Source: Bdellovibrionales bacterium (GTDB lineage Bacteria > Bdellovibrionota > Bdellovibrionia > Bdellovibrionales > UBA1609). From it: a stretch of 64,000 nucleotides of DNA. Below are positions 22,296 through 31,494 of this stretch, piece by piece. The notes under the pieces are model-generated. The model saw only the letters and a list, made by a program, of their open reading frames with translations. It was not told where the DNA came from and did not search any database. The DNA lies in NCBI GenBank assembly GCA_965205365.1, contig CBDBGT010000005.1, forward strand, positions 270,121-334,120, written 5' to 3'. The position numbers and the translations under genes are program-made. Each line of letters opens with the position of its first letter. Positions within the stretch are counted from its first letter, which is position 1.

Positions 22296-23136
22296 TAACC
22301 CGAGTTCGGACTTTTCTAAGGATCTAAGTCCTGTATAAATAAAAGATCACCTTAAGCCTTTTGTAAGATGTATTTATTTTTTAATCTGATCTATGAAAAG
22401 GAGCTTTGAATGATCAAAGAGAACCAAAAGGCTATGTTCAAAAATTTCTAAAACCTTATTTCCAAAAACTCTTGTCTTACAATAGGTTTGTGGAACTTAA
22501 AAATATTCAGCACACCTTAACTCTTTATTTTCCTAAACTCACTTATGGAATCAAATTACAGGAATATCTATTCTAGACTCTGAGCCCCGTGAGTGTTTGT
22601 AACAACAAAAGAATCAGTGGCCATAAAACCTTTAAGGGGCTTTGAAAACGTAAAAAATCAACAATGGGTTGGTTCTCTTTGGTTTTAAAGTTCATATTAT
22701 TATTTCTCATAAAGGAGAGCTCCTAAACTTCACTATGACCCCAGGAAACGTCCATGATACAAAGCCTTTAGAGAATCTTACAGATGGTTTGTTTGGAAAG
22801 CGGAGATAAGGGATATATCTTAAAAGAACCTCTTTAAAAAACTTATGGGCAAAGGTGTTTAAGTTGATTACTCATTTAAAATCAAATATGAAAAATAAGT
22901 TTGTACCACTTTTTCATAAACTTTTACTGAGAAAAAGATATATTGTTGAGACTGTTTTTAGAATTTTAAAGGAAGAGTTTTATATTGAACACTCAAGACA
23001 CCAAAGTCTTAAAAAACTTTATAGTGAATCTTTTATGAGCATTAGCTCTGCATATTGTCTCCGCCCTTTTAAACCGACAATACGTGCCATGAAAATAGAG
23101 TGTTAAACCAGATTTAAAAAGTCCGAACTCGGGTTA
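22296..23136 (+). mobile_element. IS982-family element copy B (841 bp, inverted relative to copy A)
   Basis: Same length, inverted repeats and defects as copy A. I found a single nucleotide difference (ctccgCcc against ctccgTcc) in the stretches I compared by eye. Confidence 0.75.
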
Positions 23137-23215
23137 ACTATAGACCCATGAAGTGTGGGTTATCCGCTAAAAAGCCTACCTAGCTTTCCTTGGGTCATAC
23201 CCTTTAATAGCCCAG

Positions 23216-23297
23216 TGAGAACACGGATTAAAGGCCTAATATGTGAAAAGCTTGGTTTTTTATTTCTTCTAAATTTTGTTTAGATTTTGATTCAAAA
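23216..23297. repeat. right direct repeat of the island (functional manB 3' end, attR-like)
   Basis: Partner of 13375-13457. Overlaps the last ~23 codons and the stop of manB. Confidence 0.7.
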
Positions 23298-24598
23298 CGA
23301 AGAGTTATAGCAGGTTGAGTATTAGAAACTCGTACTAAAGCCCATCCATTTTCAAAGTTAGCACGAACACCATCAATTTCATTTAGAGACAGACATTTGT
23401 TTTTAATTTTATTTCTGTATTTTTCAACAAGCTCATATTTTTTCTTTTCTCCCACTTCAATGCGAAGTTCAGCTGTGGAAAAAGTGGGGGGAAAGTCTGA
23501 TAAAAGTTTTGAAATAGTAGAGTTAGAATTTTGTATGATTTCAATTAAACGAAGGCTGCAATAAATAGCATCGTCAAAGCCATAAAAACGGTCTGCAAAA
23601 AAAATATGGCCACTAAATTCACCTCCAAACGGTGATTTTAACTCTTTGATTTTTCTTTTGATTAAAGAGTGTCCGGTCATCCACATAATGGGCTCTCCAC
23701 CCCATTTTGATAAGAGGTTGAAGTACTCTTTAGAGCATTTTACATCAGCAACAATTTTAGCTCCAGGGTGATTTTTAAGAATGGATTTAGCGTAAATAGA
23801 CATAAGTTCATCAGTTTGAACAGTTTTTCCAGTCTCTGTTACAATTACGATACGATCTGCGTCACCATCATAGCCTACACCGAAACAAGCTTTTGAGGAA
23901 AGAACGGTTTTTTTTAAATCCATTAGGTTTTCTTCTAAAGTTGGGTCTGGGTGATGGTTTGGAAAATCCCCATCAGGCTTTTCAAAAAGTATTTTTGGGT
24001 TGAGGCCAGCTGCTTTATAGGCTTTACGAGCAATTAAACCAGCAGTTCCATTTCCACAGTCTACAACAAAAGGAATGTTTTTTAGATTAAATTCTTTTGA
24101 TATTCTTGCAATATAAGGAGTAATGATGTCGTAGGGTTTAATAAAACCATTTAAAACTAAACTGTCTATATTTAAAATATACTTTTCTAGTAATTTTATT
24201 TTTTCAGAAGTTAAGGTGTTTTTTTTTAAAGAAATTTTAAAACCATTGTATTCAGGAGGGTTGTGGCTACCTGTAATCATAATAGAGCCTGTGAGATCTT
24301 TAATGTGGTAGCATGAAAAATAACAAACAGGAGATGTGATCACATTTAGGTTTAAAATAAAAGCTCCAGCATCACTCATACCTTTAGCCATGGCATTTAA
24401 AAGAGGAAGGCTTGAATGGCGAACATCTCTTCCTAGAGCGATTTTAATATTGGTGTCATTAGTTTCATTTTTACAAAAATCTATAAATCCTTTACCAAGT
24501 GCGTAGGCAAAAGAATCATCAAAATCAATTTTATACTTTCCCCTAATATCGTATTCTCTAAAGATTTCTTTATTGTATTTTAAGCTGTTGGTCTTCAT
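23228..24598 (-). CDS. manB: phosphomannomutase/phosphoglucomutase
   Basis: 456 aa. Active-site loop MITGSHNPPEYNGFK, metal loop GVGYDGDADR and sugar loop GGEFSGH. AlgC/ManB type rather than GlmM. Confidence 0.85.
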   Translation of the reverse strand: MKTNSLKYNKEIFREYDIRGKYKIDFDDSFAYALGKGFIDFCKNETNDTNIKIALGRDVRHSSLPLLNAMAKGMSDAGAFILNLNVITSPVCYFSCYHIKDLTGSIMITGSHNPPEYNGFKISLKKNTLTSEKIKLLEKYILNIDSLVLNGFIKPYDIITPYIARISKEFNLKNIPFVVDCGNGTAGLIARKAYKAAGLNPKILFEKPDGDFPNHHPDPTLEENLMDLKKTVLSSKACFGVGYDGDADRIVIVTETGKTVQTDELMSIYAKSILKNHPGAKIVADVKCSKEYFNLLSKWGGEPIMWMTGHSLIKRKIKELKSPFGGEFSGHIFFADRFYGFDDAIYCSLRLIEIIQNSNSTISKLLSDFPPTFSTAELRIEVGEKKKYELVEKYRNKIKNKCLSLNEIDGVRANFENGWALVRVSNTQPAITLRFESKSKQNLEEIKNQAFHILGL

Positions 24599-25506
24599 GG
24601 CTGTTCCTTAAATAATTTCATAGCTAAAAGTCTTTGGGCTAATTTAATGGCGTGTATCATAGAAGCTGGGTTTGCTCTAGATTTCATGTGTAAAACTTCG
24701 CCTGTGCCATGATTAACACTAGTACGAACAAAAGGAAGGCCTAAAGTGGTTTGTGAACCATTAAAGCCGTTGATGAGTTTAAAGGGGATAAGTCCTTGGT
24801 CATGATAGTTGGCAATTATAAAATCATAGGATTTATATGATTCAGTGGAGAAGAATTCGTCTGGAGAAAGAGGGCCGTAAAGGTTGTTTTCTTTAGAAAT
24901 AATTGGGGAGTGTATTAAAAGCTCTTCATCTCCAATGAATCCACACTCTCCAGCATGTGGATTAAGCCCTAAAAGTCCAACTTTAGAAGGGTTAAAGTTT
25001 TTAATAAGTTTGAGTGCTAGATCAATTTGTTTTTTAGATATGGATTGAGGAACTTTTTTTAAAGGAATATGGTCGTTTAATAAAAGGCAGTTATAAATTT
25101 CTCCAAAAAAAGTCATAAATAAAGGAAGCTCTTTAAAAAAAAATCTAAGATATGAGGTGTGGCCTAAAATTTTAGAATCGTTAAAAGAGGCCTTAGTTAA
25201 AGGCCCTGTTATAAGGGCACTGGTGTGTTGATGTAAATTACAAAAAGAACAGGCATTTTTAAACCAATCTGCAGGGGAGGCTTTAGAATCTATAAAATAA
25301 AGCCCGGCAGGTAGGTCATGACTTGGTTTAGAAAGTTTTTTAAAAGAAAAAGTTAAAGAGAGGCTGTTAAGGTGTTGGTTTAAATAATCTTTTTTTGTAT
25401 ATATGATATAAACGTCTTTTATTGGTATAGAGGCTAAAGCCTTTAAGGTGACCTCTAAACCAACACCATTAAATTCACCAGGTGTAATTAGGTATGTTTT
25501 AATCAT
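24595..25506 (-). CDS. pdxA: 4-hydroxythreonine-4-phosphate dehydrogenase
   Basis: 303 aa. Motifs GLNPHAGECG, ANYHDQGLIPFK and VRTSVNHGTG. Sits in the surA-pdxA arrangement. Confidence 0.85.
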   Translation of the reverse strand: MIKTYLITPGEFNGVGLEVTLKALASIPIKDVYIIYTKKDYLNQHLNSLSLTFSFKKLSKPSHDLPAGLYFIDSKASPADWFKNACSFCNLHQHTSALITGPLTKASFNDSKILGHTSYLRFFFKELPLFMTFFGEIYNCLLLNDHIPLKKVPQSISKKQIDLALKLIKNFNPSKVGLLGLNPHAGECGFIGDEELLIHSPIISKENNLYGPLSPDEFFSTESYKSYDFIIANYHDQGLIPFKLINGFNGSQTTLGLPFVRTSVNHGTGEVLHMKSRANPASMIHAIKLAQRLLAMKLFKEQP

Positions 25507-26413
25507 TTATACGAACAAAAAATTGTGGTTTTATTTTGTTAAACCAAGAATTAAACTGAAGCTTAATTTTTTTGTTATAGTATTCTTGTTGTAATGATCT
25601 AACTCTAGGAGTGTTGGGAACATTAAAACGGCTACGCTTTGAATTTACATAAAAAATACGGTAGCCTTTTGGCTCAGTAAGTACAGAACTGATGTTGTTT
25701 TGTTGTATGGGAAAAACTGCTTTTGAGTGAGCTTTTGATAAATCAGATTCTTTTAAAGATCCAAGCTTTGTGCCCGCGGTTTTTAAGGTTTTAAAATAGT
25801 TTTTAAAGTTTTCTTTAGTTATACTTTTTGCAAGCTTTAGTGCCTTAGGCGATGTTTTTAAAATAAAAATTTGATCTAAATCATATAAATAACTAGGAAC
25901 TATGCTAGAAACATTATTTTGTTTTAGATAGCTTACAAAGTCTTCTTCTGTGGGCCGCACTTGAGTAACTACATTTTTTTCAAGAACTGAGCGGATTAAA
26001 GAAGATTCTCCAATGAAAGTTTTGTAGTGATCAAAGTTAATGCCCTTAGATTTAATTTTTTTTGTTAACTGTTTTACAGACATTTGATTTTTTTTGGCAA
26101 GGGTTAAGAGCTCTTTGTTTATAATTTCATCAATATTTAAAATGTTTAAATTTTTTTGTGCAAATACGGTAATGATTTTTTTTGCTATAAGATAATCTAA
26201 AATTTTTGATTTAGATTTTGTATTTAGATTTAAGAGAGAAATTAAATTTTCATTTATTAGAGTTTTTTTAGTAAGTTTTTTTCGAAAAGATAAGACATCA
26301 GATTGAAGAATCATGCGTCCTTCCACAACAGCTAAAACACTTTCAACAATTTTTCCTTGAGCCATGGAGCTAGTAAGAAGACAGAGAGTTAAAATTTGAA
26401 GTTTTAACTGCAT
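25499..26413 (-). CDS. surA: SurA-like periplasmic chaperone/parvulin PPIase
   Basis: Signal peptide. SurA N-domain-like start (IVESVLAVVEGRMILQSDV). A degenerate parvulin domain at the C-terminus. Immediately upstream of pdxA, as in proteobacteria. Confidence 0.55.
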   Translation of the reverse strand: MQLKLQILTLCLLTSSMAQGKIVESVLAVVEGRMILQSDVLSFRKKLTKKTLINENLISLLNLNTKSKSKILDYLIAKKIITVFAQKNLNILNIDEIINKELLTLAKKNQMSVKQLTKKIKSKGINFDHYKTFIGESSLIRSVLEKNVVTQVRPTEEDFVSYLKQNNVSSIVPSYLYDLDQIFILKTSPKALKLAKSITKENFKNYFKTLKTAGTKLGSLKESDLSKAHSKAVFPIQQNNISSVLTEPKGYRIFYVNSKRSRFNVPNTPRVRSLQQEYYNKKIKLQFNSWFNKIKPQFFVRIND

Positions 26414-26442
26414 AAAAACACCTCGAATAAAGGTATAAAACC

Positions 26443-27312
26443 CTATTTTCTGATTTTCAAGCCGTATAAGAGCTTGGTGTTAATATGTAGTTTTTTACTT
26501 TTTTTAAAGTCTTCTAAAAGAGGCTTTATAGCAGACTTGGTCTGACTCTGTGCAACATGGGTTTGTTTTAAAGGGAGTTTTCCTCGTTTTTTAATTTGAA
26601 TTAAAATATATCCCCATGAGGTTTGAATAGGTTTAGAAACGGTGTTTAAGGGTAAATATTTAATTTTTTTAAAAAAAGGTAGGTCCACTGTGGGCACCCA
26701 AGAGTAGAGTTTAGTGTGAGTTTTTTTTATTAAGATGTCATCAAAGCGTGCAAGGTTTTTTTTAATTCTTTTATATTGTTCATTTGCTTTAAGTTCATCT
26801 TCAAAAGAGATAACAGCCATGTATAGGGCATTTTTATGAGATTTTTTCATTTTAGTAGGCTGTATTTTAGGGGTGTTGCTTAGTTGTTTTAAAATCTTGT
26901 TTTGTATAAATTGACTTCTAAAAACCCCTTTCCAGTCATTATAAGAAAAGTTGTTTACTTTAAGAATATAAATTAAATCCTCTCGTTTTAAACCAGGTGT
27001 TCTAGTCTTAATCCATTGTTCAAGTTCAGAATCAGTTACTTTGATTTTATATTTTTGTGATAAAGAATTGTAAAACATATTGTTAATGAAGTATTCTAAG
27101 GTTTGAGTTCTCATACTTTCAAAAAAAACAGAATCGTATATTTTAGAATAAAAAGCCTTACCATGTTTCATAAAGCCAAGAACCATTAAAATATTTATAA
27201 ACTCAGAGGTCTGAACTTTTTTTAAGCCATACTTAATAACATATGGCTGCTTATTTTGTTTTAGGTTGCAGGATATAAGAAAAAATAGCGAAAGATAAAG
27301 TAAGCAATTCAT
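26443..27312 (-). CDS. SurA/PpiC-like lipoprotein (parvulin-domain paralogue)
   Basis: Lipobox FLISC. C-terminal segment SKPIQTSWGYILIQIKKRG is a parvulin-type signature. Confidence 0.45.
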   Translation of the reverse strand: MNCLLYLSLFFLISCNLKQNKQPYVIKYGLKKVQTSEFINILMVLGFMKHGKAFYSKIYDSVFFESMRTQTLEYFINNMFYNSLSQKYKIKVTDSELEQWIKTRTPGLKREDLIYILKVNNFSYNDWKGVFRSQFIQNKILKQLSNTPKIQPTKMKKSHKNALYMAVISFEDELKANEQYKRIKKNLARFDDILIKKTHTKLYSWVPTVDLPFFKKIKYLPLNTVSKPIQTSWGYILIQIKKRGKLPLKQTHVAQSQTKSAIKPLLEDFKKSKKLHINTKLLYGLKIRK

Positions 27313-27337
27313 GGTTTTATTTTATAATATAGTTTTC

Positions 27338-28147
27338 TTAAAGGGCACCTTTATTATAAGAAACACCGTATTTTTTCTTTAAGCTATTAAAGTAGCTGTT
27401 AAGGATTTTAAATCTTTTTTTATTAAATACAGTAATTTTTATGGCATTTTTATCAGCTTTTTGAAAGGAAAGCTGATGGGTTTTTTTTACAATATGAAGC
27501 CCGAATAAACCGCGAAAGGGTTTAGAAATATCACCAATTTTTAAAGATTTAAGCACAGCATAGTATGCAGGATAAAGAGAGTCTGGGCCGTGATAGCCAA
27601 GATCTCCTGCATCTGTTTTAGTAGACTCATCATCAGAATAATTTTCTACATGGATTGGCCATTTTTTTTTCTTAGCAAGAATCTGAGCATATACTTTATT
27701 TGCCCTAGAGGTGATGTTTTTAACTTGTTGTGGTGTGGGGTTTTGAGGAAACCTTATAAAAATATGGCTTGAGCGTATATGAGGATTTTTTTTATAAGAA
27801 GCCCGCATTTCATTTTCAGAAACTTTAATTTTATTAATTTCTTTAGAAAGTTTTATTTCAAGAAGCCCTTTGTAAAGAGCAAGCTCTAAGGATTTTTTAA
27901 CAGTAGGGTGTGCGGCCAACTTTGATTTTTTAGCCTCTTTTAGGCCAAGCTTAAAACGAATCATGTCTTCTAAATGTTCTTGACGTGTTGGAGGTCTCAT
28001 TAAGGCACGAGAGTTGTTTAGAGTTTGTTTATAGCTTTTTTCAAATTCAGGTTTTGAAATTTTAGTGGAACCTATTTTAGCAATGGTTTGCGCCCAGGCT
28101 GAGAAGCCAAAACTAAGACATAGGATTAAGAAAGTTTGTTTAATCAT
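27338..28147 (-). CDS. PpiC-type peptidyl-prolyl cis-trans isomerase
   Basis: Signal peptide. Parvulin motifs RSSHIFIRF, DAGDLGYHG and ISKPFRGLFGLHIVKK. Confidence 0.6.
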   Translation of the reverse strand: MIKQTFLILCLSFGFSAWAQTIAKIGSTKISKPEFEKSYKQTLNNSRALMRPPTRQEHLEDMIRFKLGLKEAKKSKLAAHPTVKKSLELALYKGLLEIKLSKEINKIKVSENEMRASYKKNPHIRSSHIFIRFPQNPTPQQVKNITSRANKVYAQILAKKKKWPIHVENYSDDESTKTDAGDLGYHGPDSLYPAYYAVLKSLKIGDISKPFRGLFGLHIVKKTHQLSFQKADKNAIKITVFNKKRFKILNSYFNSLKKKYGVSYNKGAL

Positions 28148-28187
28148 GGTGTGTCCTCCAAAAGATTGAGAGTTTATTTTATAATTA

Positions 28188-28850
28188 TTATTTTAAGTAA
28201 CCTAGTGTTAAGTTTTGATTACTAGACATGTTTTCGTTTAATCTTGCCAAAAGTTTAGGGTTTAAAGGGTCCATGCTTTTTGTTACAGTTTCAAGGGCTG
28301 GACTAAAGTTAAAGATAACCTTTGAAAAAGGCTTTGGAATTATTGTTTGATCCCAGCTTTTTTTAAGAACCCACTTAGAACTATAGGCAACATTTACATT
28401 GATAATAGGACATGAGAAAATTCTAGAGCTTTGAAGTATTCCAGATTTGGCTTTTTTAGGAGGCCCTTTTGGTCCATCAACTGCTATACAGGCCCAGTAT
28501 TTTCCTGTTTTCATTAGTCGGACAAAGCCCTTAAAAGCTTTGACAGGGTTTGTTCTCGAAGACCCCCTGGCCGTAATAGAGCCAAGCTTTTCTATAATTT
28601 GAGACACAAGCTGTCCGTCCTTACTATCTGAAACAATAGAGAGAGTGTTAAACCTCCATGAAATATATAAAAGAATGTTTACATCCTGATGCCAAAAAGC
28701 AATAAGTACAGGTTTTTTACTTTTGATATAGCCTTTAACTTCAGGAGAGAATATAATTTTTTTTCTTAATGTTAGAAGGTAGAGTTTATAAAAAAACGCT
28801 AAGAGCCATATAAGTATGGGGTTAAATTTATCTGTTTTTTTAATCTCCAT
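28188..28850 (-). CDS. DUF374-family (lysophospholipid acyltransferase-like) protein
   Basis: The pattern AFWHQDV...SDSKDGQL...ARGSSRTNPVKA...DGPKGPPKKAKSG matches what I recall for DUF374, which is often Kdo-transferase associated. Confidence 0.55.
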   Translation of the reverse strand: MEIKKTDKFNPILIWLLAFFYKLYLLTLRKKIIFSPEVKGYIKSKKPVLIAFWHQDVNILLYISWRFNTLSIVSDSKDGQLVSQIIEKLGSITARGSSRTNPVKAFKGFVRLMKTGKYWACIAVDGPKGPPKKAKSGILQSSRIFSCPIINVNVAYSSKWVLKKSWDQTIIPKPFSKVIFNFSPALETVTKSMDPLNPKLLARLNENMSSNQNLTLGYLK

Positions 28851-28868
28851 AAATAAAACTCTTAAGTG

Positions 28869-29822
28869 TTATAAGATGCTTTTAAATTTATTTATTAATT
28901 TTGGTAAAACTTCAAACAGATCACCAACAATACCGTAAGTAGATTTTTTAAAAATAGGAGCATCACTATCGTTGTTAATTGCAACAATAACTTTGCTTCC
29001 ACTCATTCCAGCTAAATGTTGAACCGCACCGGATATACCACAAGCAATATAAAGTGAGGGCGCTACGGTTTTGCCTGTTTGGCCAACTTGCATGCTATGA
29101 GGAACCCAACCGTCATCTGTTACAGCACGAGATGCACCAACAGTAGCTCCCAGTACACTGGCTAAATCCTCTAGAAGTTTAAAATTAGCAGCTTCTTTCA
29201 TTCCCCGGCCACCGGAAACAATTATATTTGCTTCAGTAAGATCAGCTCGATTGGTGTTTCCTTTAAGAGAAGGTTTTAGAGAAAAGTTAGAAGGGTTTTT
29301 TGGAAGATGAAGTGTTGTAATGTTTAAAGTTGTGTCCTCTTTAGTGGCTGAAGGCAGTTGATTAGGGCGTATTAAAATAAGTTTAGGCCCTGAGCCCTTA
29401 AGCTCTACAGAGCAAGAGCATTTTCCTGCGTAAAGAGGTTTTTTAGGAGTGATTTTATTTTCGTTTAAAGAAAGGCTAGTACAGTCTGCCACATAGTCAC
29501 CGTTTGTATAAACTGAGGCTCTTGAAAAAAGATCCGTTGTAAGTACTGTTGAGGATCCAAGAATAAAAGAATAGTTTTTCTCACTGATTAAGTTAGAAAG
29601 CCCTTCACTCCAAGTCATGGGGTTATAGCTAGAATCAGTTTCCATTAAGACTACTTTTGATATTCCCATGGATTCACATTGAGATTTGATCTCATTGGTT
29701 AGGCTGCCTATGAAAAGAGCCTCCCAGTTGAGATTTTTAGATTTACACCACTGACTTAATTCAAAAGAAGATTTTTTAATTTTACCATTTGAGCTTTCTA
29801 AAAATACTAATGCACTAGTCAT
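28869..29822 (-). CDS. etfA: electron transfer flavoprotein alpha subunit
   Basis: FAD-binding C-terminal block: VSGGRGM...[16 protein letters not shown]...[29 protein letters not shown]. Confidence 0.92.
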   Translation of the reverse strand: MTSALVFLESSNGKIKKSSFELSQWCKSKNLNWEALFIGSLTNEIKSQCESMGISKVVLMETDSSYNPMTWSEGLSNLISEKNYSFILGSSTVLTTDLFSRASVYTNGDYVADCTSLSLNENKITPKKPLYAGKCSCSVELKGSGPKLILIRPNQLPSATKEDTTLNITTLHLPKNPSNFSLKPSLKGNTNRADLTEANIIVSGGRGMKEAANFKLLEDLASVLGATVGASRAVTDDGWVPHSMQVGQTGKTVAPSLYIACGISGAVQHLAGMSGSKVIVAINNDSDAPIFKKSTYGIVGDLFEVLPKLINKFKSIL

Positions 29823-29835
29823 AATAATATCTCCT

Positions 29836-30609
29836 TTATAAAACTTTAGCTTCGTTTTTAAGTAAGTTTACGAGTTCATCGACTTGAGCGTTGATTTCTC
29901 CTGAAAGAATTTTTGTTGGAGGTTTTTCTTTGGGAAGCTCGTAGTTTATGAAACTTAGAGTTGGGTTTATACTGATACCAAGGTCGCTCATGGAATAAAC
30001 ATGGATAGGTTTTTTCTTAGCCTTCATGATTCCTGGAAGGCTTGGGTAGCGAGGAGTGTTTAAGCCTTTATTTGCGCCAATTACACAAAGACCAGTTATG
30101 GAGTAAACTTCTTGTGTTCCCCCTTCAATTTCACGTTGAATTTCAATTTCCCCAGGGTGAGGAGTTATTTTTGTAACAGCCGTTCCGTGGGGAACTTTAA
30201 AAAGTGCGGCAAGTTGTTGTGTAAAAGCCTGTGAATTGTCATCAATTGAAGATTTTCCAGTGAGGATTAAAGTGGGCTCATGGGTTTTTAAAATGGCAGC
30301 CTGAATAGCTTTAGCAACAGTAAGTGAGTCTAAAGGGCCATTATAGTCAACACTAACCCCCTTGTCACAACCCATGGCCAGAGCAATACGTAGTGAACTT
30401 TGTGTTCTTTTTTCAGGGCCCAATGTAATTGCATAGACCTCATTTACACCCATGGAGGCTTTTAGTTTTATAGCCTCCTCAATGGCAAATTCATCATAGG
30501 GGTTTATTATCCACTTAATGGAATCTGTTAGAATTCCAGACTTATCATGGTTTAATTGAATTTTGGTTTCAGTATCTGGAACCTGTTTTATGCATACAAA
30601 AATAGCCAT
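29836..30609 (-). CDS. etfB: electron transfer flavoprotein beta subunit
   Basis: N-terminus [11 protein letters not shown]...[11 protein letters not shown] is typical EtfB. Directly upstream of etfA. Confidence 0.92.
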   Translation of the reverse strand: MAIFVCIKQVPDTETKIQLNHDKSGILTDSIKWIINPYDEFAIEEAIKLKASMGVNEVYAITLGPEKRTQSSLRIALAMGCDKGVSVDYNGPLDSLTVAKAIQAAILKTHEPTLILTGKSSIDDNSQAFTQQLAALFKVPHGTAVTKITPHPGEIEIQREIEGGTQEVYSITGLCVIGANKGLNTPRYPSLPGIMKAKKKPIHVYSMSDLGISINPTLSFINYELPKEKPPTKILSGEINAQVDELVNLLKNEAKVL

Positions 30610-30794
30610 GAATCACTCTCCCCACCTTAAGTCTATTTTGTAGACACTAAATAAGGAAATATCAAGAGTTTAGGACATTTAGTAACTCTTAAGCTGTGTT
30701 TAATAATGACAGTTTTTAAATTAGCTAGTATGGTGCTACTTCACCTAGAATATTATGTAAGACATAAAAACGAAGCTAAAGTTTAAAGGGTTTT

Positions 30795-31445
30795 ATGGGT
30801 TATTTTACTTCAACTGTTGGTAGGAAACAAATGGTGGGCCTTGCAGGCCTAGGCTTATCAGGTTTTGTGCTTATACATATGGCAGGAAACTTACTCATAT
30901 TTTTAGGCCCCCAAGTTTATAATAAATATGCACACGCTTTAATCAGCAATCCGGCAATATATTTTTTTGAAGTCATACTGGTAGCCATGTTGGTTGTTCA
31001 TATGGTCATAGCTCTTTTTTTAGCTTTTAAAAATAAAAAAGCGAAAGGATCCACCTATGCAGTAATGGGAAAAAAAAATCGAGCAAGTCTAGCTTCAAGA
31101 ACTATGCAGTTTCAAGGGGTTGTTATTTTAGCGTTTTTAGTTTGGCATTTAATTACTTTTAAATATGGCACATATTACCCAGCAAACTATGATGGTATTG
31201 AAATGAGAGATTTGTTTAGATTAATGGAAGAGTCTTTTAAAAATCCATTATATGTAGGGGGGTATTTAATTGTTCTAGTGATTTTAGGAACCCATTTAGG
31301 ACATGGCTTAGCCTCGAGTTTTCAATCATTAGGTTTAAATGGTGTAAAATATGATTTTAAAATTAAATATATTGCAAAAGCCTATGCTGTTTTAGTTACA
31401 ATAGGGTTTTTGTTGCCACCATTTTATATTTATTTAATTTATTGA
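30795..31445 (+). CDS. sdhC: succinate dehydrogenase/fumarate reductase cytochrome b subunit (b558, five-helix type)
   Basis: 216-aa polytopic protein with conserved His in its helices. First gene of an sdhCAB-type cluster with no separate sdhD. Confidence 0.8.
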   Translation: MGYFTSTVGRKQMVGLAGLGLSGFVLIHMAGNLLIFLGPQVYNKYAHALISNPAIYFFEVILVAMLVVHMVIALFLAFKNKKAKGSTYAVMGKKNRASLASRTMQFQGVVILAFLVWHLITFKYGTYYPANYDGIEMRDLFRLMEESFKNPLYVGGYLIVLVILGTHLGHGLASSFQSLGLNGVKYDFKIKYIAKAYAVLVTIGFLLPPFYIYLIY

Positions 31446-31494
31446 TTTTTTTATAAAGGCATGAGGGTCTTTAAAAGAGACAGAGGAGATTACC

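Noticed and set aside
17249-23136. The IS982 A/B pair as a bona fide composite transposon with target-site duplication
   Set aside because: I compared the outer flanks (…GAGCTTTAAC and ACTATAGACC…) and the inner flanks and found no direct repeat. I report it only as a composite-like structure or inversion substrate.
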